A DNA stretch of 64,000 bases, taken from Squalus acanthias. Its lineage: Eukaryota. The notes beneath the pieces are model-generated. The model was not told where the DNA came from. It made no database searches and was given only the letters and a program-made list of their open reading frames with translations. The DNA lies in assembly GCA_030390025.1 (NCBI GenBank), contig CM059431.1, forward strand, positions 149,298,001 to 149,362,000, in the 5' to 3' direction. The position numbers and the translations under genes are program-made. This document shows, piece after piece, positions 10,557 to 23,577 of the stretch. Numbering within the stretch: the first letter of the stretch is position 1; each line of letters opens with the position of its first letter.

Positions 10557-13500
10557 TAAAAGGGGACCGCTAAAATGATTCCCTCTTTAAAAGGGTCTCT
10601 GATAGTGACACTCCCTCTTTAAAAGGAATCCTGTGTGTGAGAATCTCTCTTTGAAAGGGATCCCTGATGGTGACTCACTCATTAATAGGGCTCCCTGATA
10701 GAAAGACTCCCTCTTTTGAAGTGATCGCTAATGGCAAGTCTCTCTTTAAGTGGACTCCCTTATAGAAAGACTCCCTCTGTACAAGGGCTGCCTGATGGTG
10801 AGGCTCACTCTTTAAAAGGGATCCCAGATGGTAAGACTCATCTTTAAAAAGGGTCCGTGCTGCTGAATCGCCATCTTTAAAAGAGGTCCCCGATTGTGAG
10901 GCTCCCTCTTTAAAAGGGGTCCCTGGTGGAGAGACTCTCTCTTTAAAATGGACCCCGGATGGATGGACTCTCTCTTTAAAAGGTGTCCCGGATGGTGATA
11001 CACCCTTTTTAAAAGGGGTCCCTGATGGTGAGGCTATTTCTTTAAAAGCGGTCCCTGATGCTGAATCTCCCTCTTTAAAAGTGGTCCCTGATGGTGAGAC
11101 TTTCTCATTAATAGGAATCCCTGATGCTGAAACACCCTATTTAAAAGGGGTCCCTGATGGTGATCCTCTTTAAAAGGGGTCCCTAATGGGGAGAATCTCT
11201 CTTTAAAAGTGGTCCCTGATAGAAAGTTTCCTAATTTAAAAAGTGTCCCTGATGATGAACCACCCTTTTTAAAAGTGGTCCCTGATTGTAAGATGCCTTA
11301 TTTTAAAGGATCCCTGATGGTGAGACACCCTCTTTAAATGTGGTCCCTGAAGGCGAGACTCCTTCTTTAAAAGGTACCCCTGATTGTAAGATTCACTATT
11401 TAAAATGGGTCCCTGATGGGGAGTTACCCTCTTTAAAAGCGGTCCCTGATGGTGAAACTCTCTCTTTAAAATGGATCCCTGATGATGAGAATCTCTCTTT
11501 AAAAGGGGTCCCTTATGGTGAGACTCCCTCTTTAAAAGGGGACCATGATGGGTCGACACCCTCTTTAAAAGGGGTCCGTTATTGAGACACTCCCTCTTTT
11601 AAAGGGGTCCCTTATGGTGAGACTCTCTCTTTAAAAGGGGTCCCTGATGGAGAGATTATGTTTTTAAAAGCGGTCCCTGATGCTGAATCCCTTTAAAAGG
11701 GGTCCCTGATGGTGAGACTATCTCTTTAAAAGAGGTCCCTGATGGTGAGGCATTCTCTTTAAAATGGGTCCCTGATTATGAGACTCCGCCTTTAATCGGT
11801 GTCCTTGATGCTGAAACACCCTCTTTAAAAGTGGTCCCTGATGGTGAGTCTCGTTAAAAGGGGTCACTAATGGGGAGAATCTCTCTTTAAAAAGTCTCCC
11901 TGATAGAAAGTCTCCCTCTTGTAAAAGTGTCCCTGATGCTGAAACACCTCTTTAAAAGGGGTCCCTGATGGTAAGCCTCTTTAAAAGGGTTCCCTAATGG
12001 GGATAATCTCTCTTTAAAAGGTTTCCCTGATTGAAAGTCTCTCTCATTAATAGGGGTCCCTGATGATAAGATTCCCTATTTTAAAGGGGTCCCTGATAGT
12101 GAGACACCCTCGTTAAAATTGGTCCCTGATGGTGAGACTCCCTCTTTAAAATGTGTCCCTGATGGTAAGATTCCCTATTTAAAAGGGGTCCCTGATGGGG
12201 CGACACCCTCTTTAAAAGTGGTCCCTGATGATGAGACGCTCTCTTTAAATGGGGTCCCTGATAGAGTGAGTATCACTTTAAAAGCAGTCCCTGATGCTAA
12301 AATTCCCTCTGTAAAAGCGATCCCTGATGGTGAGACTCTCTCTTTAAAAAGTGTCCCTAATGATGAGGCTCCGTTTTTTTAAAAGGGGACCCTGACGGGA
12401 ATGCTCCCTCTTTAAATGTGGCCACTGATGGAGACACTCCCTCTTTAAAAGGGGTCCCTGATAGGGCGAAACCCTCTTTAACAGGGACCCTGATTGATTC
12501 ACTCCCTCTTTAAACGGGGTCCCTGATGTTGAGACTCCCTGCTTAAAAGGGGTCCCTGATGGTGAGACTCCCTCTTTCAAAGGGGTCCCTGTTGGAGAGA
12601 ATCTCTCTTTAAAAGGGGTCCCTGGTGGAGAGACTTTCTCATTAATTGGTGTCCCTGATAGAAAGACGTCCTCTTTAAAAGGGGTACCTGATAGAAAACT
12701 CTCTTTAAACGTGTCCCTGATGGTGAGACGCCCTCTTTTAAAGCGGTCCCTGATGGTGAGACTCCCTCTTTAAAAGGGGTCCCTGATGGGTACGATCCCT
12801 CTTTAAAAGCGGTCCCTGATGGTGAGACTCCCTCTTTAAAAGGAGTCCCTGATGGGTATTATCCCTCTTTAAAAGCGGTCCCTGATGGTGAGACTCCCTC
12901 TTTAAAAGCGGTCCCTGATGGTGAGACTCCCTCTTTAAAAGCATTCCCTGATGGGGCGAAACCCTCTTTAAAAGGGTCCCTGATTGAGACACACCCTCTT
13001 TAAAAGCGGTCCCTGATGGTGTGATTCTCTCATTAAAACGAGTACCAGATGCTGAAACTCGTTCTTTAAAAGAGGTCCCTGATGGTGAGACTCAGTCTTT
13101 AAAAGGGGTGCCATGTGGAGAGATTATTTCTTTAAAAGGTGCCCCTGATAGGGAGACACCCTCTTTAAAATGGTTCCCTGATGGCGAGTCTCTCTCTTTA
13201 AAAGGGGTCCCTGATGCTGAAACACTTTCCTGATTGTGAGACTATCTCTTTGAAAGGGGGCCCTGATGGGGCGAATCTCCCTTTAACAGGGTTCCCTGAT
13301 AGTGATACTCACTCTTTAAAACGGGCCCCTGATGGTGAGATTCCTCCTTTAAAAGGGGTCCCTGATGTTTACGCTCACTCTTTAATAGCGGTCTTTGATG
13401 GGAAGACACCCTCTTAAAAAGGTATCCCTGATGGAGATACTCCCTCTTGAAAAGCGGTCTCTGATGGTGAGACTCTCTGTTTAAAAGGTGTCCCTGATAG

Positions 13501-13651
13501 AAATAATCCGTCTTTAAAACGGGTCCTTTGATGGAAACGATTTATCCTTAAAATGGATCCCCGAGGGTGAGACTCCCGCTTTAAAAAGGGTCCCTGATGG
13601 TTAGGCACACTCTTTAATAGGCTTCCCTGATGGGGAGATTATCTCTTCAAA
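10557..13651. repeat. 33-bp tandem satellite, block 1
   Basis: Head-to-tail units GGTCCCTGATGGTGAGACTCCCTCTTTAAAAGG; translate as KGVPDGETPSL or HHQGPLLKRES repeats. Confidence 0.97.
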
Positions 13652-16002
13652 AGGATATTGTGGCCATTACAGAAACATGGCTGCAGGGTGACAATGCCTG
13701 GGAATTAAACATACCAGGTTATTTAACGATCAGGAAGGACAGGCAGGAAGGAAGGGGAGGTGGGGTGGCTATGTTAATAAAGCAAGGAATCACTATAATA
13801 CAGAGTAATGATATTGGGTCAAAAAATCATGATAATGAAACAGTTTGGGTGGAGATAAGGAATAATAAGGGGAAAAAAACACTAGTGGGCGTAGTCTATA
13901 GGCCTCCGAACAGTTGCAACTCTGTTGGACAGAGTATCAATCAGGAAATAGTTGTGGCTTGTAATAAGAGAACATCTATAATTATGGGGGATTTTAACTA
14001 TCATATTAATTGGACAAATAAAATTGGGCAGGGCTGCCTTGAGGATGAGTTCATTGAGTGTATTAGGGATGGGTTTCTTGAGCAGTATGTAACTGAACCG
14101 ACCAGGGGGCAAGCAACCTTAGATCTGGTCCTGTGTAACGAGACAGGATTAATTAAAAATGTCCTAGTAAAGGATCCCCTTGGAATGAGTGACCATAACA
14201 TGGTTGAATTCCATATTCAATTAGAGGGTGAGAAGGTTGGATCTCAAACAAGCGTGCTAAGCTTGAATAAAGGAGACTATGAAGGTATGCGAGCGGAATT
14301 GACTAGAGTGGATTGGGAAAATAGATTAAAGGGTAAGACGACACATGATCAGTGGTGTACATTCAATGAGTTATTTTACAACTTCCAAAAAATATATATT
14401 CCACTGAAAAGAAAAGGGTGTAAAAGAAAGGACAGTCATCCGTGGCTAAGTAAAGAAATTAAGGATAATATTCGACTAAAAACAAGGGCATATAAGGTAG
14501 CGAAATCTAGTGGGAGGACAGAGGATTGGGAAAACTTTAAAAGGCAGCAAAAAATAACAAAAAGATTGTTTAAGAAAGGGAAGATAGATTATGAAAGTAA
14601 ATTAGCAAAAAATATAAAAACAGATAGTAAGAGTTTTTATAGTTATATAAAAAGAAAAAGGGTGGCTAAAGTAAATGTTGGTCCCTTAGAGGATGAGACC
14701 GGGAAATTAATGGTGGGAAATATGGAGATGGCAAAAACACTGAATGAATATTTTGTATCAGTCTTTACAGTAGAGGACACTAAGAATATCCCAACACTGG
14801 ACAAACAGGAGGCTATAGGCGGAGAGGAGCTAAACACGATCAAAATCACTAAGGAAGTGGTACTCGGTAAAATAATGGGTCTCAAGGCGGATAAATCACC
14901 TGGACCTGATGGCTTACATCCTAGAGTCTTGAAGGAAGTGGCGGTAGGGATTGTAGATGCATTGGTAATAATTTTTCAAAACTTCCTGGATTCCGCTAAG
15001 GTCCCGGCAGACTGGAAAACTGCTAATGTAACACCCTTATTTAAAAAGGGCAGTAGACAAAAGGCTGGTAACTATAGACCGGTTAGCCTAACATCTGTGC
15101 TAGGTAAAATTTTGGAGTCCATTATTAAGGAAACAGTAACAGGACATTTGTATAATCATAATTTAATAGGACAAAGTCAGCATGGTTTTACGAAGGGGAA
15201 GTCATGTTTGACAAATTTGCTGGAGTTCTTTGAGGAAGTAACATATAGAGTGGATAAAGGGGAACCAGTGGACGTATTGTATTTAGACTTCCAAAAGGCA
15301 TTTGACAAGGTGCCACACAAAAGATTATTGCTTAAGGTAAAAAATCACGGGATTGGGGGTAATATTCTGGCATGGATAGAGGATTGGCTATCTAACAGAA
15401 AGCAACGAGTTGGGATAAATGGTTCATTCTCATACTGGCAATCAGTAACTAGTGGTGTTCCACAGGGGTCAGTGCTGGGTCCCCAACTCTTTACAATCTA
15501 TATTAACGATTTGGAGGAAGGGACCAAGTGTAACATATCAAAATTTGCAGATGATACTAAGATGGGAGGGAAAGTAGTGAGTGAGGAGGACATAAAAAAC
15601 CTGCAAGGGGACATAGACAGGCTAAGTAAGTGGGCAGAGATTTGGCAGATGGAATACAACACTGGAAAGTGTGAGGTGATGCACTTTGGCAGGAAAAATC
15701 CTAGAGCAATTTATTATCTTAATGGCAAGAAACTGGAGAGTACTGAAGTGCAAAGGGATCTGGGGGTCCTGGTGCACGAAACTCAAAAGTTTAGTATGCA
15801 GGTGCAGCAAGTGATTAAGAAGGCAAATGGAATGTTGGCTTTCATTGCTAGGGGGATAGCATGTACAAATAGGGAGGTATTGCTTCAGTTGTACAAGGTA
15901 TTGGTGAGACCGCACCTGGAATACTGCATACAGTTGGTGTCCTTACTTAAGGAAAAAACATCCTTGCTCTCGAGGCAGTGCAAAAAAGGTTCACACGGTT
16001 AA
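13630..16002 (+). pseudogene. CR1 ORF2 reading frame (790 aa; EN N-terminus missing, C-terminus frameshifted)
   Basis: ORF track. The first residues (MGRLSLQK) derive from the satellite. Confidence 0.85.
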
Positions 16003-16611
16003 TCCCGGGGATGAGGGGGTGGTCATATGAGGAGAGGTTGGGTAGATTGGGACTCTACTCATTGGAGTTCAGAAGAATGAGAGGCGATCTTATTGAAACA
16101 TATAAGATTGTGAAGGGGTTGGATCGGGTGGATGCGGGGAGGATCTTCCCGATGACGGGTGAGACTAGAACTCGGGGACATAGTCTTAGAATAAGGGGCT
16201 GCTCTTTCAAAACTGAGATGAAAGAGGAACTACTTCACTCAGAGGGTGGTAGGTCCATGGAATATGCTGCCACAAAAAGCTGTAGAAGCTACATCATTAA
16301 ATAAATTTAAAACCGAAATAGACAGTTTCCTAGAAGTAAAGGGCATTAAGGGTTACGGGGAGCGGGCAGGAATTTGGACATGAATCTAGGTTCGGATCGA
16401 TCATGGCCCTGTGGGTAGTGGAGCGGGCCCAGGGACCGTGTAGCCTGATTCTGCTCCTATTTCGTGTGTGCAATTCTGTTAGATGCAGGAGATGGTTCTG
16501 TGATAGTAGATTGGCGGTTAGGATCAGATCAGCCATGATCTTATTGAATGGCGGAGCAGGCTCGAGGGGCCGATTGGCCTACTCCTGCTCCTATTTCTTA
16601 TGTTCTTATGT
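13652..16611 (+). mobile_element. Young 5'-truncated CR1 LINE with nearly complete ORF2 (APE endonuclease plus RT) and 3' tail
   Basis: ORF 13630..16002 carries DIVAITETWL, GVVYRPP, MGDFNY, TLDLVL, SDHN (EN) and YRPVSLTS, LDFQKAFDKV, GVPQGSVLGP, FADD (RT). Frameshift at about 15935-15965, C-terminus in ORF 15978..16304, ends TTCTTATGTTCTTATG. Confidence 0.97.
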
Positions 16612-18972
16612 GTCCCTGATGGAGACACACCCTCTTTAAAAGGGATCCCTGACAGAAAGACTCCCTCTTTAAAAGGGTCTCTGATGGTGAGACAACCTCT
16701 ATAAAAAGAGTCCCTGATGGGGTACTCCCTCTTTAAAAGGGGTCCCTGATGGTGAGACTCCCTCTTTAAAAGGGGTCCCTGATGGTGAGACTCTCTCTTT
16801 AAAAGATGTCCCTGATGGTGAGACTCCTTTTTGAAGAGGGGTCCCTGATGGTGAAACTCTCACTTCAAAAGGTGTCCCTGATGGAGAGACTATCTCTTTA
16901 AAAGGGATCCCTGAAGCTCTAACTCCCTTTTTAGAAGGGTTCCCTGATGGTGAGATTCCCTTTAAAAGCGGTCCTTGATGGTGAGATTCCCTCTTTAAAA
17001 GGGGTCCCTGAAGGTGAGATGTTGCTCTTTAAAAGCGGTCCTTGATGTTGAGATTTCCTCTTTAAAAGTCTTCCCTGGTGGAGAGACTCTCTCATTAAAA
17101 GGAATCCCTGATGCTGAAACTCGCTTTTTTAAAAGGGGATCGCTGATGGTGAGTCTCTCTCATTAAAAGGGTTCTCTGATGCTGAAACACTCTTTTTAAA
17201 AGGGGTTCCTAATTGTGAGACTATCTCTTTAAAAAGAGTCCCTAATGGGGAGACTCTCTCTTTAAAAGGGGTCACTAATGGGGAGACTCTCTCTTTAAAA
17301 GGGGTCCCTGATGGAGATACACCCTCTTTAAAATGGTTCCCTGATGGTGAGTCTCTCTCTTTAAAAGGGGTCCCTGATGGTGATACTCCCTCTTTAAAAG
17401 GGGTCCCTGATGGTGGCTCTCCCTCTTTAAAAGGGATCCCTGATGTTGAGATCCCCTCTTTAATAGCAGTCCCTTATGCGGAAACACCCTCTTTAAAACG
17501 GGTCCCTGATGGTGAGACTCCTACTTCATAAGGGGTCCCTGATGGTGAGGCTCTTACTTCAAAATGTGTCCCTGATGGAGAGACTATCTCTTTAAAAGGG
17601 ATCCGTGATGCTTGAACTCCCTTTTTAAAAGGGATCCCTGATGGTCAGACTCCCGCTTTCAAAGGGGTCCCTGTTGGAGAGACTCTCTCATTAAAATGAG
17701 TCCCTGATGCTGAAACTCGCTTTTTAAAAGTGGTCCCTAATGGTGCGACTCTCTCATTATAAGGGATCACAAGTGGAGAAATTCTCTCTTTCAAAGGTTT
17801 CACTGGTAGGGATACACCCTCCTTCAAATGCGTCCCTGATGGTGAGTCTCTCTCATTAAAAGGGGTCTCTGATGCTGAAACACTTTCTTTAAAAGTGGTC
17901 CCTGATTTTGAGACTATCTCTTTAAAAGTGGTCCCTGAGGGGGAGACTCTCTCTTTAAAAGGGATCCCTAATGGGGAGACTCTCTCTTTACAAGGGGTCA
18001 CTGATGGGGATACTCATTCTTTAAAAGGGGCCACTAATGCTGAGAAGCCCTCTTTAAAAGTGGTCCCTGTTGGTTAGACTCCCTCTTTAAAAGCGGTCGC
18101 TGATGATGAGACTCTCTCTTTATAAGGGATCCCAGATGGTAAGACTCATTGTTTAAAGGGGCTCCCTGATGAGGAGATACATTCTTTAAAAGGGACCCCT
18201 GATGGTGAGACTCTCTTTAAAAGGGATCCCTGATGGTGAGACACTCGCTTTAAAAGATGTCCTTGATGGTGAGACACCCGCTTTAAAAAGGGTCCCTGAT
18301 GGTTAGACTCTCTCATTAAAAGGGATCTCTGATGGAGAGACTATCTCTTTAAAAGCGGTCCCTGATGCTGAAATTCCCTCTTTAAAATTGGTCGCTGGTG
18401 GAGATATTCTCTCATTAACAGTGGTCCCTGATCGGGATACACAGTCTTTAAAAGCGATCCCTGATGGTGAGATTCTCTCTTTAAAAGGGTCCCTGATGCT
18501 GAAACACACTTTTTAAAACGGATCCCTGATGGTGAGACTCCCTTTTAAAACGTGTCCATGATGGTGAGGCTCCATCTTTAAAAGGAATCCCTGATGGAAA
18601 ACAGCCTATTTAAAAGGTGTTCCTAATAGAGACACACCCTCTTGAAAAGGGCACCCTGATTGTGAAACACTCTCTTTAAAATGTGTCCCTAATCGGAAGA
18701 TTCTCTTTAAAAGAGGTCCCTGATAGAAAGACTCAATCTTTAACATGGCTCCCTGTTAGAAAGACCAACTATTTAAGAGGGTCCCTGATAGTGAGGCACC
18801 CTCTTTAAAAGGGGCCCCTGATTGTGAGACTCTCTTTAACACGGTCTCTGATGGTGAGACTCTCTGTTTAAATGGGTCTCTGATGGAGAGACTCTCTCTT
18901 TAAAATGAATCCCTGATGCTGAAACACCCACTTTAAAAGGGGTCCATGATGGAGAGGATCCCTCTTTAAAAT
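16612..18972. repeat. 33-bp tandem satellite, block 2
   Basis: Same unit as block 1; resumes in register after the CR1 tail. Confidence 0.97.
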
Positions 18973-18974
18973 GG

Positions 18975-19170
18975 CAATGATGTGGAGATGCCGGTGTTGG
19001 ACTGGGATGGACAAAAACGAGAAGTCGCACAACACCAGGTTATAGTCCAGCAGTTTTAACTGAAATTACGAGCTTTCGGAGTGCTGCTCCTTCGTCAGGT
19101 ACAGTGAGGGAATATAAATAATTTACAAAGCACATATAGACAGAGAACATAAAGACAAAGCACATGTAAA
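18975..19170 (-). mobile_element. Penelope-like terminal fragment (family B)
   Basis: Matches the termini at 42904-43030 and 35654-35774 (GATGTGGAGATGCCGGTGTTGGACTGGG...CACCAGGTTATAGTCC); contains a hammerhead motif. Confidence 0.75.
19066..19102 (-). ncRNA. Minimal hammerhead ribozyme motif (Penelope-associated)
   Basis: Reverse strand reads GUAC-CUGACGA-A-GGAGC AGC ACUCC-GAAA-GCUC-GUAA: core CUGANGA/GAAA, stem I UAC/GUA, stem II with one mismatch, palindromic AGCU in stem III. Confidence 0.65.
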
Positions 19171-19175
19171 CATTT

Positions 19176-22100
19176 GCACCACCTCCAGCGTGATCCCACC
19201 ACCAAACGCTTCTTCCCCTCACCTCCCCTTTCAGCATTCCGCAGGGACCGCTCCCCCCGCGACACCCTAGTCCACTCCTTTACCACCCCCAGCATCCCTT
19301 CCCCTTTGCCCGGCAGCTTTCCATGCAAGCGCAGGAGATGCGACACATGCCCTTATACTTCCCCTCGTCCCACTGTCCGGGCCCCAAACACCCATTCCAG
19401 GTGAAACAGCGATTAACTTGTACTTCCTGCAATTTAGTATACTGTATTCGCTGCTCACGATGTGGTCCCCTCTACATTGGGGAGACCAAACGCAGATTGG
19501 GTGACCGCTTTGCAGAACACCTCCGTTCAGTCCGTAAGGGTGACCCCGAGCTCCCGATCGCCTGTCACTTTAATTTACCGCTTCACTCCCACTCTGACCT
19601 CACCGTCCTCGGCCTATTACACTGTTCCACGGAAGCGCAGCGTAAGCTCGAGGAACAGCACCTCATATTTCGTTTAGGCACGCTACAGCCCTCTGGACTC
19701 AATATCAAGTTCAACAATTGTAGATCATAACCTAAGCCCCATCAAATTTACATTTTATTTTCTCATCCACTCTTTTATTTGCACCCATCTTTTTCTTTCC
19801 TCCTAGAAGCTGGCAGCTGTCCTTCATTCTGCCATTGCATTTCACACTTCTTTCAGCCTTAACCTTTTTACATGAACACCACCTCTTGCCTTGAATATCT
19901 CATAATTTCTCTTAATGTCTCTTAATGTCTCCTTTTGTTCTTTCATCCCCTCCCCCTTTTCCCAGCTTTATCCTTGCTTTAAATCTATTTGATTTCCTGC
20001 TGTCTCCAGTTCTGATGAAATGTCTTCGACCTGAAACGTTAACTCTGTTTCTCTCTCCACGGATGCTGCCTCGCCTGCTGAGTTTTTACAGCGTTTTCTG
20101 TTGTTGTTTCGGATTTCCAACATCTGCAGTATTTTGCTATAGTATTAGTGTTTGGTCCACTGCCACCTCTCTTCTAGGAATGCCTACCTTGAAGAAGTAC
20201 TGCTCTTCTCTTCGACGGGACCTCCGTTTGTCTCTTCAACCTTGTTCAAATTCACTGCTTTCAGTTTTCCTTCTCGTGTTTGATCAGGTGTCTGCCAAGA
20301 CTCGGTTTCACAGCCACATTACTTTCCTCAGCAACTGTCTCTGGTTCCGTTTTATTCCATGTGGATTCCAACTCAACTTCCACCCTTCGTGTTTCGGATC
20401 CACCCATGAGTACAAATAGCATCAAGATATTCATCGTTCCTCGAACTACTGCTCTCGCCGCGTCTTGAGAGCCGCGCTCAATGCCATGCGGCGCCACATG
20501 AACACTCTCGAACTCTCTCTTCAGCAGCACCGACGCACTCTATCTCAAAGCTGTCCGGGTCCACAGTTCCATTTCATCCTTCGACTCATCCGACGCTTCA
20601 ACAAAAAACTTTTTTTCTTCCTTTCTAATGTCAATGATCGCAAGCTTCATCAACACTTGAACACCAACGTCCCTGCGGAACCTTCTTACCCTTCACTGTC
20701 CTCTGACGCCCCTTCGCCCAATCTCACCCCCTGCCGCGTTTTCACTATTTCTTCTGACCTTCCCCTTTCTGACCCCGAACGATCAGTCCTCAGCAAAGGC
20801 CTGAGCTTCATCCCCTTACGCCCCCACCTCAATGAATTTCCAGCTCGGCACGATGCTGAGCTCTTTTCCACCGCCTTCACCTCCGTGCCCACTTCTCTGG
20901 CCAGGAGTCTTCCCCCCATACGGCTGACCCTTTCTCCCGCTTTCAGAATTCCCGTTCTACCTGGACACCTCCCTCTGGCCTCTTACCCTCTCTAGATCTT
21001 TTCATTACCAACTGCCGGCGTGACATCGGACGTCTTAATTTCTCTGCTCCCCTCTCTCACTCCAAACTACCTTCCTCTGAACTTGCAGCACTCTATTCCC
21101 TCAGATCCAACCCCGACATTGTCATTAAACCTGCTGACAATGGCAGTGCTGTTGTTGTTTTGCGTAGCTACCTCTACCTAGCTGAAGCTGAAGGCCAACT
21201 CTCCGACACCTTCTCCTACCTCCACCTGGACCATGACCCCACCACCGAACATCAAACTACCATTTCCAAGACAGTCACTGACGTCATCTCCTCTGGAGAT
21301 CTTCCCCCCACGGCCGCCAACCTCATAGTTCCCCAACACGGCACAGCCCGCTTCTACCTCCTTCCCAAGATCCACAAACAGGACTGCCCCGGTAGAACCA
21401 TCGTTTCAGCCTGTTCTTGCCCCACGGAACTTATCTCTTACTAGCTCGACTCTATTTTTTCTCCCCTTGTCCAGTCTCTTCCCACCTACATCCGCGAATC
21501 TTCCGACGCCCTCCGCCATTTTAACAGTTTACAGTTTCCCGGCCCCAACCGCCTCCTCTTCACTATGGACGTACAATCCCTCTACACCTCCATTCCCCAC
21601 CAGAATGGCCTGAGGGCGCTCCGCTTCTTCCTTGAACATAGGCCCAACCAGTTCCCATCCACCACCACCCTCCTCCGCCTGGCTGAACTTGTTCTTACAT
21701 TGAACAACTTCTCCTTTGACTCCACCCATTTCCTCCAAATGTGTCCCAGCTTTGCCTGCCTTTTCGTGGAATATGTGGAACACTCTTTGTTCCAGTCCTA
21801 CTCGGGTCCCCTCGCTCACCTCTTTTTCCGGTATATTGATGACTGTATCGGTGCCGTCTCCTGCTCTCGCCCTGAACTAGAACATTGCATTCACTATGCT
21901 TCCAATTTCCTCCCTTCCCTCACCTTCACATGGTCCATCTCCGACTCTTCCCTTCCCTTCCTCGACTTCTCCGTCTCCATCTCTGGGGATAGGTTAATTG
22001 ATAAACATTCACTACAAGCTCACTGACTCCCACAGCTACCTGGACTACACTTCATCCCACCCCGCCTCCTGTAAGGACACTAATCCATTCTCCCAGTTTC

Positions 22101-22588
22101 TCCGTCTCCGCCGCATCTGCTCTGATGATGCCACCTTCCATACCAGTGCTTCCGACATGTCTTCCTTTTTCCTCAACCGAGGATTCCCCTGTACCATGGT
22201 CGACACGGCCCTCGACCGTGTCCGTTATATCTCCTGCACTTCTGCACTCACCCCTGCCCCTTCCTCCCGAAACCACCATAGAATTCCCCTTGTCCTCACC
22301 TTTCACCCCACCAGCCTGCACATTCAACGGATCATCCTCCGCCATTTCCACCACCTCCAGTGTGATCCCACCACCAAACGCATCTTCCCCTCACCTCCCC
22401 TTTCAGCATTCCGCAGGGACCGCTCCCTCCGCGACACCCTAGTCCACTCCTCTGCCACCCCCAGCACCCCTTCCCCTTCGCCCAACAGCTTCCCGTGCAA
22501 GCGCAGGAGATGCAACACATGCCCTTATACCTCCCCTCTTCCCACTGTCCAGTGCCCCAAACACCCCTTCCAGGTGAAACAGCGATTT
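19176..22588 (+). mobile_element. Penelope-like retroelement (family A): upstream partial copy (pseudo-LTR with GIY-YIG) plus a decayed long ORF with RT
   Basis: GIY-YIG NLVYCIRCSRCGPLYIGETKRRLGDRFAEH (ORF 19323..19730). RT motifs FYLLPKIHK, MDVQSLYTSIPH, FFRYIDDCIG. About 19178-19412 is directly repeated at about 22350-22586. Several frameshifts; the QxxGxAMG segment is deleted. Confidence 0.93.
20008..20044 (+). ncRNA. Minimal hammerhead ribozyme motif in the Penelope pseudo-LTR
   Basis: AGUU-CUGAUGA-A-AUGUC UUC GACCU-GAAA-CGUU-AACU: stem I AGUU/AACU, palindromic ACGU in stem III, one stem II mismatch. Confidence 0.65.
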
Positions 22589-22792
22589 GGGGAGCGTAGC
22601 GGGCCCAGGGGCCGTGCAGCCTGATCCAGCTCCTATTTTGTGTGTCCAATTCTGTTAGGTTCAGGAGATGGTTCTGTGATAGTAGATTGGCGGTTAGGAT
22701 CAGATCAGCCATGCTCTTATTGAATAGCGGAGCAGGCTCGAGGGGCCAATAGGCCTACTCCTGCTCCTATTTCTTATGTTCTTATATTCTTA
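22589..22792 (+). mobile_element. Short 3' tail of the young CR1 family, truncating the Penelope element
   Basis: Matches about 16415-16611. Confidence 0.85.
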
Positions 22793-23577
22793 TAAGCTTC
22801 GAACACCTAAAGGAGAGACACGAGTCTGCTTGCTAACAGCTGAACTGACTACAGGAATAGCAGGAGTCAACAGAAAAATGACTAGCGATAATTAGCTTAC
22901 ATCAGCAGAAAACTTCAAAGGAAATACATCTGAAAATGGGTAAAAAAATTGGATTTTCAAATGGGTTGATAGATTCGGTGTAAAGGGGCAACCCGATTCT
23001 TGTCTTCAGAGGCAGGCTCTGTAAGTCTACAACTCTTTGTATCTCGGGGATCAAGGTACTTGTATTTGAGTTTGGTGGATATCCTGGAATAAACTAAGAA
23101 CTGTAAAACTAGCTAAGTTAAGATTTGAGAATAAGGATCTCTGATAATAAAATTGTAAGATTTCTGTTTTTGGAACTGTTAATGTTGCGATTGAATCATC
23201 AACTGTAAATTACATGTCGGTTCATTAATAAATCTATTTCTTTTTAGAATTGTGTCAAATAGTATTTCTGTATCAAATTCGCAAACGTAATCTCTGTACA
23301 CTTTTTGGTGAGAAGTTGCAGAATTCTGGGGGAGTTTTCCGGACCCCCATAATATCCGGAATGTTACAGTCCAGCTAAACTGATTAAAAGTGCTATCTGG
23401 AGGATGGTAACATCTATCGGTTGTTCCTTTCCTTTAGTGAGAGTTAGTCTCGACCTTAACACCCAATTCATTGTCTTTAGGATTCGGCTACCTCAAACTT
23501 TAGTTGAAAGTGAATGTCTGAGGAATACGCCTGATCAGGTGTAGCCCTAAAGGGGTTAGGACAATAACTATCGCTTC

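Larger units (their letters stand above)
5069..10972. repeat. Tandem segmental duplication, copy 2 (one full ~5.9 kb unit)
   Basis: 5907-10972 matches 1-5068. About five differences seen by eye (663/6569, ~885/6791, 2743/8649, the TA repeat, ~4948/10852). Confidence 0.95.

Noticed and set aside
13630..16304. Autonomous or domesticated reverse transcriptase gene
   Set aside because: No ORF1 or 5'UTR, the endonuclease N-terminus is missing and the C-terminus is frameshifted; an ordinary truncated CR1.
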